From Nitrospirota bacterium (GTDB taxonomy: Bacteria; Nitrospirota; Thermodesulfovibrionia; Thermodesulfovibrionales; Dissulfurispiraceae): a stretch of 64,000 nt of DNA. The position numbers were made by a program, and so were the translations under genes. Each line of letters starts with the position of its first letter. Within the stretch, counting starts at the first letter, position 1. Shown in pieces: positions 56,505 through 64,000 of the stretch. The DNA lies in the NCBI GenBank assembly GCA_963790025.1, contig CAWBMP010000004.1, forward strand, positions 320,001-384,000. The letters run 5' to 3'. The notes under the pieces were generated by a model, which was not told where the DNA came from, did no database searches, and saw nothing but the letters and a program-made list of their open reading frames with translations.

Positions 56505-59171
56505 ATGGAAAAAAATGACGGGGCACTGAAACCGGACCAGGTCCGGGGCAGGCTGATAGGATGGTGGACTGCTGTAATGCAGCGTTACGCGCCATGGGTC
56601 ATAGTCATCGTGATCGCGGCTACTGCCGGAGTGCTCTTTTATTCGGTGCGGAATTTTAGAATTAATAGTGATTTCAATAGCATGATTTCAGAGAAATTGC
56701 ACTTCCGCAAGCTCCAAATGGATTTTGACAAGGCATTCCCTCAACTCACTGATACAATTGTTATAGTGCTTGACGCGGACACCGCGGAGCAGGCAATGGC
56801 GGCGAGGAAGCGCTTTGCCGCACAGTTACGAAAAGAAAAAACTCTCTTCAGGACCATCTACGAGCCTGGAGGCGGAGAGTTTTTTGAAACAAAAGGCCTT
56901 CTATACATGAGTTTAAGTGAACTGGAAGGACTTTCCGACAAAGTTGCCGAAGCGCAGCCGCTCCTCGCATTTCTCTCGAAGGACCTGAGCCTGCGGGGGC
57001 TATTCTCGGTGCTCGGAATGGCCTTGAAGCGTGAAGAGTTAAGCAGTGCACAGGGCGGCACCATAGACAAACTGCTGGACCGTATGGGCAGCACCTTTGA
57101 TAACATAAGTGCCGGGCATCCCCGCCAAATATCCTGGGAAGAAATGATGCTCGCCGGTAAGGAAGCTGATGCTCAGCGCCGGCAGTTTATCATGACGCAG
57201 CCTGTCCTTTATGCAACCGAATCCTCTCCAGGTGAAGCGGCCTTCCAAGCTGTGAGCAATATAGCCCGGCAGCTCCAAATCGATAAGGCCCACGGAATAA
57301 CTGTGCGCGTTACAGGTGATGTTGCACTGGCCCGGGAAAACATGGCTGAAGTCAGAAACAGCACAGGCGCTGCAACGGCGGTCTCGCTTATTTTGGTTGG
57401 CATGGTCCTCTATATCGGACTTGGAGGCTCCGGACGTCTCGTGGCCGCGAGCCTTGCAACTCTGATAACCGGGCTTATATGGACAACAGGCTTTGCACTC
57501 TTTGCTATTGGCAGCCTCAACATGATATCGATTACCTTTGCAGTACTGTTCATTGGCCTCGGCATAGATTACTGCATCCAGTTCTGCCTGCGGTACAGGG
57601 AATTGGTCGTTTCAGGATGCGGGGACCACGACAGCATTGTCATTGCCGCAAGAGGTGTAGGCAAAAGTCTCGTGCTTAGTTGCATAACCATTGCCATCGG
57701 CTTCTATTCTTTTGTACCTACTGCCTATGCAGGAGTAGCCGAACTCGGACTCATATCAGGGACCGGTATGTTCATCAGCCTTTTTGCAACACTTACCCTG
57801 CTGCCCGCCTTACTGACGATTGCCCCAGTCCGCAGAAAGCAAAAGCTTCCCTTATCGCCGGGGGAAAGGGTTACCTCACTCCCCTACCGTTATTCAGCAC
57901 CGATAACCGGCGCAGCCTTTGTGCTGGGAGTCCTTTCCATAATGGTGGCACCGAAGATATTCTTCAACTATAATCCCCTTGATCTCTACCAGGAATCTTC
58001 GGAAAGCATAAGTACCATCCTGGACCTTTTCAAGGATGTCAATACCCAGCCTTGGACTGCCTCAGTGCTCGTCAGGGGAAAAGCGGAGTCACATAAGCTT
58101 GCCGAAAAATTGGGGAAACTTAAAGAAGTAAAAATGGTCGTATCCATCCTGGACTTTGTGCCCGAGCGCCAGGCCGACAAGCTCCGCATTATTTCGGACA
58201 TGTCCCTTTTCTTACCGCCAACCCTAAGTGAGGCAAAAGTGAGACACCTGAAATATGACACAAATATGGCAGCTCTGCTTAGATTTGAAAAAACTCTCAA
58301 GAAATCGCGGCTTGCATCAAGCGCATCCGGCCGAAGACTGTATGAGTCTATAGAGCATTTCAGAAAGCTGCTGACCAACCCGGTGAAAGGCAGTGAGGCG
58401 TTTTCTGTTTTGGAAACAAGCATGCTCTCCGGTCTTCCGTCGCTATTCGACATGCTCACGAAATCAATGCAGGCAACGGCCATCACCGAATCCAACCTGC
58501 CGCGCGAACTGGCAAGCCAGTACATAGCACCGGATGGTCGCTATCGTATCCAAATATTTCCGAGTGAAAACATAATGCATCCTGAAGAGTTGAAACGCTT
58601 TGTCCGGGCCTTGTATTCAGTGACCCCGGACGCGACGGATTCGCCGGTCGGCATATATGAATCCGGAAAGGCGGTCATTGCGTCATTTCAACAGGCGACG
58701 CTATCGGCCATGGCAGTTATCACCATCTTTCTCATTATTGAATTAAGGGGCATTTTTGTGACCGGACTCATCCTTACCCCTCTTGTGCTGGCTATGCTGC
58801 TGACCGGCGCGACATCCGTTCTGCTGCATATACCCCTTAATTTTGCAAATGTTATTGTCGTGCCGGTTTTATTGGGAATAGGTGTCCACAGCGGTATAAT
58901 TTTCATGCTAAGGTATCAGACGGAACCACCGCTGCATGGCAATATGCTGAAAACAAGCACGGCCCGCGCCATACTATTCAGTTCCTTGACGATGTTGATC
59001 AGTACGTGCAGCCTTTCCTTTTCACCTCACAGGGGGATCGCAAGCATGGGTATACTTCTTACTATATGTTTGTGTTTTGTCTTGGCCGGGACACTTGTCT
59101 TACTGCCGGCCCTGATTCAACTCTCAAAGCGCCGGTCCGCTTCCGTCAAAAAAACTTGCAAAAAAAGCTAA
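56505..59171 (+). CDS. hpnN: Hopanoid transporter, MMPL/RND family
   Basis: Two RND TM bundles, LFIGLGIDY, NFANVI..P.LLGIG, HRGIASMG; within the hopanoid cluster. Confidence 0.88.
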   Translation: MEKNDGALKPDQVRGRLIGWWTAVMQRYAPWVIVIVIAATAGVLFYSVRNFRINSDFNSMISEKLHFRKLQMDFDKAFPQLTDTIVIVLDADTAEQAMAARKRFAAQLRKEKTLFRTIYEPGGGEFFETKGLLYMSLSELEGLSDKVAEAQPLLAFLSKDLSLRGLFSVLGMALKREELSSAQGGTIDKLLDRMGSTFDNISAGHPRQISWEEMMLAGKEADAQRRQFIMTQPVLYATESSPGEAAFQAVSNIARQLQIDKAHGITVRVTGDVALARENMAEVRNSTGAATAVSLILVGMVLYIGLGGSGRLVAASLATLITGLIWTTGFALFAIGSLNMISITFAVLFIGLGIDYCIQFCLRYRELVVSGCGDHDSIVIAARGVGKSLVLSCITIAIGFYSFVPTAYAGVAELGLISGTGMFISLFATLTLLPALLTIAPVRRKQKLPLSPGERVTSLPYRYSAPITGAAFVLGVLSIMVAPKIFFNYNPLDLYQESSESISTILDLFKDVNTQPWTASVLVRGKAESHKLAEKLGKLKEVKMVVSILDFVPERQADKLRIISDMSLFLPPTLSEAKVRHLKYDTNMAALLRFEKTLKKSRLASSASGRRLYESIEHFRKLLTNPVKGSEAFSVLETSMLSGLPSLFDMLTKSMQATAITESNLPRELASQYIAPDGRYRIQIFPSENIMHPEELKRFVRALYSVTPDATDSPVGIYESGKAVIASFQQATLSAMAVITIFLIIELRGIFVTGLILTPLVLAMLLTGATSVLLHIPLNFANVIVVPVLLGIGVHSGIIFMLRYQTEPPLHGNMLKTSTARAILFSSLTMLISTCSLSFSPHRGIASMGILLTICLCFVLAGTLVLLPALIQLSKRRSASVKKTCKKS

Positions 59172-59265
59172 ATTGCTATAAATTATTGTATATGTTACCG
59201 TATTCACTGTTTTGCCAGGAGAATGCTTCTTTTGAAAGCAAACGAAAAGGGGCGCTTTCAGCCTT

Positions 59266-60177
59266 ATGATACCCGATATGAACCTAAAGGGCAAAAGCTA
59301 TCTGGTTGTTGTTGCTGATGACATGGGCAAATCGGCATCAGTTAACCAGGCAATAGCCGAGGCCCACGATCAGGGGATTCTTACTGCCGCCAGTATTATG
59401 GCGGGGGGTGAGGCTTTTGATGACGCAGTAAAGACGATTTCCGGGCGCAGTCGGCTGTCGACCGGGCTGCACGTTACACTATGCGATGGGAAAGCTGTAT
59501 TGCCTCACGCATGTATTCCTGATATTACCGATCATGAAGGATATTTCATAAAAGATCCTGCTGCTGCAGGACTGCACTATACGAGACCGGGTCTTCTTGC
59601 GCAGATTGAGGGCGAAGTTGCCGCGCAGTTCGAGCGCCTGGAAAGGGCGGGCATCCGCCCTTGTCATGTAGACTGCCATCATCATCTTCACATGCACCCC
59701 CTTATTTTCGAAGTGCTCTGCCGGCAGGCCTTCATGAGGAATATCTTTTGGATCAGGCTGCCTAAAGAGCCGCTGTCGATTGTTATGGCATTCCGTTCGC
59801 CGTCGCGCGGCATCATGCCCTTTGTCGAATGGGCAGTCTTCGGAATACTTGGAAAATACAACTCGCGGACGGCCCGGAAGTACGGGATGCAGAGTGCCGC
59901 CCGTGTTTTCGGCCTCTCAAGTACCGGAGGCATTGATGAGAAGTTTTTTCTTGATATTTTACGTCATGCTGGTATCGCTCTCACGGAGATTTTCACTCAT
60001 CCCGACGTGGAGACACCTTCCGGCAGGCGGGAACTCGCTGCATTAATGTCCCCCAGCGTGCGTGATCTGATAAGAGAATTGGAGATATCGCCGGTAGGAT
60101 ACAAGGACCTGGAAGCGAGACGTGATAGCACCAGAATAAGCGAAAACGTACACAGAGGGATTCTTTCATTTAAATAA
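59266..60177 (+). CDS. hpnK: ChbG/HpnK family deacetylase
   Basis: VADDMG, GLHVTL, HVDCHHHLHMHP, EIFTHP. Confidence 0.85.
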   Translation: MIPDMNLKGKSYLVVVADDMGKSASVNQAIAEAHDQGILTAASIMAGGEAFDDAVKTISGRSRLSTGLHVTLCDGKAVLPHACIPDITDHEGYFIKDPAAAGLHYTRPGLLAQIEGEVAAQFERLERAGIRPCHVDCHHHLHMHPLIFEVLCRQAFMRNIFWIRLPKEPLSIVMAFRSPSRGIMPFVEWAVFGILGKYNSRTARKYGMQSAARVFGLSSTGGIDEKFFLDILRHAGIALTEIFTHPDVETPSGRRELAALMSPSVRDLIRELEISPVGYKDLEARRDSTRISENVHRGILSFK

Positions 60178-60223
60178 ACAAGGGAAGCCCTCCATGTTCC
60201 GGTTACGTTAAAAAGGAGATGCG

Positions 60224-60712
60224 GTGAAAACATATATAGTAATATTATTGGCGACCTTTAGCGCTGCCATAGGTGAAACATTATTAAGCTATGGAATGAA
60301 GAGGGGCGCGCAAGTGGACCTGGCCATGCCTTCTCAATGGGGGCATCTTGTACTGTCGGTAATACGTAACCCGTATGTTTTCGCCGGCGTTGTCTTCCTC
60401 GCTGTTTTTTTCTTCCTCTACCTTGCCGCCCTCTCATGGGCCGACCTCAGCTTTGTGATGCCGTTAACAGCGATGTCTTATATTTTTGCCGCTCTTCTGG
60501 CGAGGTATGTGCTTAGAGAGGAAGTATCCTGGTTCCGTTGGGCCGGGACCGCAGTAATCACTCTGGGTATCATACTGATTGCACTCGATAGCCGGCAGCG
60601 GTCGGAAGACAGCGGGATAGGCGGGTATCCAAAGAGCACTATCATCAGCGGAACATCCTATTCCGGCGATACCGGGGATACCGGAAAAGAAAGGAGCCAC
60701 GGACATTTATGA
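60224..60712 (+). CDS. EamA/SMR-like small membrane transporter
   Basis: Four TM helices, ALSWADLSFVMP, LREEVS..RWAG. Confidence 0.8.
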   Translation: MKTYIVILLATFSAAIGETLLSYGMKRGAQVDLAMPSQWGHLVLSVIRNPYVFAGVVFLAVFFFLYLAALSWADLSFVMPLTAMSYIFAALLARYVLREEVSWFRWAGTAVITLGIILIALDSRQRSEDSGIGGYPKSTIISGTSYSGDTGDTGKERSHGHL

Positions 60713-62694
60713 GCATTGTTCCTTTTCGTCTTAAATTCAAGGCACAGTCTGCGGAACCCGGAGAGAAGAAGCTTCCGGTTGTGAGTCCCAAAGGATTCGC
60801 CGAAAGAGTTGCCGAAGCCATACGGAAAACCCAGACATATTATGTAGAGGACCAGCACAAGGACGGATACTGGTGTTACGAGCTGGAATCAAATGTTACG
60901 ATTACTGCCGAATATTTAATGCTCCTTCATTTTTTAGGGTTGAGAGATCCCGGAAGAGACAAAAAAATAGCTCAGCACATACTGAAGAACCAGAGGGCCG
61001 ACGGGACCTGGGCAATTCACTGGGGAGGCGAGGGAGACATCAGCACAACAGTCGAGGCCTACTTCGCTCTTAAACTTGCCGGCTTTTCAGCCGATGACCT
61101 TCCGCTGAGAAAAGCCAGGGCTTTTATACTTGAATCAGGGGGCGTTGAGGCTTCGAGGGTTTTCACGAAAATATTCCTCGCGCTTTTCGGGCAGTTCTCC
61201 TGGAAGGCAATACCTTCTATTCCCGTTGAACTTAATCTTTTGCCGGCATGGTTCCCCATTAATATTTACAATTTTTCGAGTTGGGCCCGGTCTACAATTG
61301 TGCCGCTCTCGGCAGTTCTTGACCGAAAGCCGGTGAGACGTCTGCCGGGCGAAACAGGCGTCCGTGAACTCTATAAAGAACCAGGCAAAATACCGCCGGT
61401 GGCAGCACAAAAGCTCTCACCATTCTCCTGGAAACGGTTTTTTATCATCCTTGACCGCCTTATCAAGACAGTGGAAGAGATGCCGGTAAGACCGCTGAGG
61501 GAAAAAGCGCTCAAGAAAACGGAGCAATGGGTAAACGAGCATCAGGAGACTACAGGCGACTGGGGAGGAATCCAGCCGGCGATGGTCAATGGCGTACTTG
61601 CCCTTTCAGCATTGGGCTATGGTACGGCATACGAACCCGTAAAAAAAGGACTTGATGGCCTCAAAAATTTTACAATCGAAAAGGACGACGAGCTTGTTCT
61701 CCAATCCTGCATATCGCCTGTCTGGGACACGGCATTGACTGCCCTCGCAATGATGTATTCGGGTATGGATCCGGACCATCGTTCCCTTATAGCTGCCGGC
61801 GACTGGCTGATCTCGAAACAGATATTCCGGAAGGGCGACTGGAGTGTTAAGAGACCGGATCTTCAGCCCGGTGGCTGGGCCTTTGAATTTGATAATGACT
61901 GGTACCCCGATGTGGATGACACGGCAGTGGTATTGATGCTTCTGAACAGGTATGACGACAGCGAGTTTGTCAAGACTGAAAACCTGCAAAGCGGCCTCAG
62001 GTGGATACTTGGAATGCAGGGAAAAGATGGCGGCTGGGGCGCCTTTGACGTGGACAATAACGTGCGGTTACTAAACCAGCTGCCTTTCGGAGACCTTGAA
62101 GCTATGATAGATCCCAGCACGCCTGATATCACCGGAAGAGTCCTTGAACTCCTCGGCATGGTCGGATATGGGCCTTCACATGATGTCGTGCTCAAGGCAA
62201 TACGGTTCCTGAAAAAACAGCAGGAAGAGGACGGGACCTGGTGGGGAAGATGGGGCGTCAACTACATTTACGGCACCAGCGGGGTCCTCGCAGGTCTGGG
62301 CTCGATTGGGGAAGATATGTCGAAACCGTACGTAAGGAGAGCGGTCGCATGGCTGAAAAACCACCAGAAGATCGACGGCGGCTGGGGAGAGTGCTGTCAA
62401 TCATACGATGACCCAACGTTGAAATGCCAGGGGTGGAGCACCCCCTCACAGACAGCATGGGCCATTATAGGACTGATTGCCGCTGGCGAAGGCACATGCG
62501 AGGAAGTGCACAAAGGCATAAAATACTTGCTCAAAAAACAGCAGCCTGACGGTACATGGGAAGAGGAATTCTTCACCGGCACCGGATTCCCTAAATATTT
62601 CATGATCCGCTATCACAATTACCGCAATTGTTTTCCCCTTATGGCGCTCGGCAGGTTTCACAAGCTTATTGAGAGGGAAGGACCGCAACAGTGA
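60709..62694 (+). CDS. shc: Squalene--hopene cyclase (HpnF)
   Basis: YPDVDDTA (DxDD), QW repeats, SPVWDT, GRWGVNYIYGT, TGTGFP. Confidence 0.97.
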   Translation: MSIVPFRLKFKAQSAEPGEKKLPVVSPKGFAERVAEAIRKTQTYYVEDQHKDGYWCYELESNVTITAEYLMLLHFLGLRDPGRDKKIAQHILKNQRADGTWAIHWGGEGDISTTVEAYFALKLAGFSADDLPLRKARAFILESGGVEASRVFTKIFLALFGQFSWKAIPSIPVELNLLPAWFPINIYNFSSWARSTIVPLSAVLDRKPVRRLPGETGVRELYKEPGKIPPVAAQKLSPFSWKRFFIILDRLIKTVEEMPVRPLREKALKKTEQWVNEHQETTGDWGGIQPAMVNGVLALSALGYGTAYEPVKKGLDGLKNFTIEKDDELVLQSCISPVWDTALTALAMMYSGMDPDHRSLIAAGDWLISKQIFRKGDWSVKRPDLQPGGWAFEFDNDWYPDVDDTAVVLMLLNRYDDSEFVKTENLQSGLRWILGMQGKDGGWGAFDVDNNVRLLNQLPFGDLEAMIDPSTPDITGRVLELLGMVGYGPSHDVVLKAIRFLKKQQEEDGTWWGRWGVNYIYGTSGVLAGLGSIGEDMSKPYVRRAVAWLKNHQKIDGGWGECCQSYDDPTLKCQGWSTPSQTAWAIIGLIAAGEGTCEEVHKGIKYLLKKQQPDGTWEEEFFTGTGFPKYFMIRYHNYRNCFPLMALGRFHKLIEREGPQQ

Positions 62695-63683
62695 TTGCCC
62701 TTGTTACGGGCGCTACCGGTTTTATCGGTTTCCATGTGGCCCGCTTTTTGAAAGAGCAGGGGATCGAGGTCCGGGCTTTGGTCAGGGAAAATAGCGATAT
62801 CTCGCCACTGAAAGCCATGGACATCGAGCTGGTCAAGGGGGATGTCAGGGACTTGGAATCGGTCTGCCGGGCACTCAAGGGATGCCGGCAGTTATATCAC
62901 ATCGCTGCTGACTACAGGCTTTGGGTGCCTGATCCCGGCATTATGTATGCGATCAATGTTCAGGGCACACGGAATTGCATGGAAGCTGCTCTCAAAATCG
63001 GGATAGAGAAGGTCATTTATACAAGCTCAGTGGGAGTACTCGCGGCATCCTCAAAGGGGGTCCCGTCCAATGAGGAAAGCCGGGCAACCATATATGATAT
63101 GATCGGCCATTACAAACGGTCCAAGTTTCTTGCCGAGTGTGAGGTGCGATCGTTCATCAGCAAAGGGGTCCCCGCAGTTATCGTATATCCATCTACGCCT
63201 GTCGGTCCCATGGACAGGAAACCCACACCTACCGGACAGACCATCGTTGACTTCATCAATGGTAAAATTCCGGCATTCCTGGATACAGGGCTGAACTTTG
63301 TCTCTGTGGAGGATGTAGCCGCCGGCCACTGGTTAGCATCGCTGAGAGGAGAGATCGGCCGGGCATATATATTGGGAAACAAAAACCTCACACTTAAGGA
63401 ATTTTTCGAATCCCTTGCAGGCATCACAGGATGTCAGCCTCCTAAAATCCGGCTCCCTTATCTTCCGGTCCTGTTTGCCGCTTGCATCGACGAGACCATT
63501 TCGAGACTGGCTACCCGCAGACACCCGAGAATTCCGCTCACAGGGGTGAGAATGGCGCGAAAATATATGTATTTCGACGCTTCCAGGGCTGTAAAGGAAC
63601 TGCACATGCCACAGAGCCCGGTCGAGCATGCCATGGAGCGTGCGATTGAGTGGTTCAAAGAAAATAATTATAAAAGGAACTGA
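62691..63683 (+). CDS. hpnA: Hopanoid-associated sugar epimerase/NAD-dependent dehydratase
   Basis: VTGATGFIG, AADYRLW, YKRSK, DRKPTPTG. Confidence 0.9.
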   Translation: MIALVTGATGFIGFHVARFLKEQGIEVRALVRENSDISPLKAMDIELVKGDVRDLESVCRALKGCRQLYHIAADYRLWVPDPGIMYAINVQGTRNCMEAALKIGIEKVIYTSSVGVLAASSKGVPSNEESRATIYDMIGHYKRSKFLAECEVRSFISKGVPAVIVYPSTPVGPMDRKPTPTGQTIVDFINGKIPAFLDTGLNFVSVEDVAAGHWLASLRGEIGRAYILGNKNLTLKEFFESLAGITGCQPPKIRLPYLPVLFAACIDETISRLATRRHPRIPLTGVRMARKYMYFDASRAVKELHMPQSPVEHAMERAIEWFKENNYKRN

Positions 63684-63689
63684 TAATTT

Positions 63690-64000
63690 ATGCGTTTTCC
63701 AGTCAGCTTATACATATCGCTTACTAAAAGTTTTATCAAGAACGCCCGGAAAGGTAACAAGCGTTTTCCGCTTGTACTTATGCTTGAGCCTACGCACAGA
63801 TGCAATCTGGCCTGTGCCGGATGCGACAGGATACGGCTGCATGATGAGATGCAGTCCCCTGATCTTTCCCTTGAACAATGCATTGATGCTGTAACGGAAT
63901 CGGACGCACCTGTCATCACGGTAACAGGGGGTGAACCTATGCTTTACAGGGATCTGATACCGCTCGTAAGAGAAATCATCAAAATGAAAAAACAGGTGTA
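63690..64000 (+). CDS. hpnH: Adenosyl-hopene transferase radical SAM protein (partial)
   Basis: Manual translation MRFPVSL...KRFPLVLMLEPTHRCNLACAGC...TGGEP; runs off the window end. Confidence 0.85.
   Translation, partial: MRFPVSLYISLTKSFIKNARKGNKRFPLVLMLEPTHRCNLACAGCDRIRLHDEMQSPDLSLEQCIDAVTESDAPVITVTGGEPMLYRDLIPLVREIIKMKKQV

Overview
Bacterial chromosomal window. Gene content (four-subunit pyruvate:ferredoxin oxidoreductase, PPDK, BioW, YedF, hopanoid cluster) is consistent with an anaerobic Nitrospirota/Desulfobacterota-type organism; this is an inference. About 40 kb is housekeeping: queE, ppdK, bioB, livHMGF, a peptidoglycan-recycling cluster, rsmI, nadE, bioW, porCDAB, RNase E/G, an MCP, tatA, EndoQ, parA and a NifA-like activator. 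Then come tRNA-Gln(CTG) and tRNA-Glu(CTC), and a ~9.5 kb AT-rich island integrated in tRNA-Glu (45-bp direct repeats, tyrosine integrase). The island carries a tightly coupled candidate defence operon (stand-alone WYL, GIY-YIG nuclease, 63-aa protein, Rad50/SMC-like ATPase with RloC-like HEPN and Cys-rich tail), a fused R-M plus separate S restriction system, and a Phd/RelE pair. Downstream lie further toxin-antitoxin genes and remnants, a methyltransferase plus TPR-GT41 pair, and a hopanoid cluster (mlaA, hpnM, hpnN, hpnK, shc, hpnA, partial hpnH). Window-wide patterns: many inverted arrays of 6-9-nt tandem repeats, some inside reading frames; two further MITE/REPIN-like families; and at least nine genes with leaderless-type promoters. 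All calls come from reading the sequence and motifs; no searches were run.
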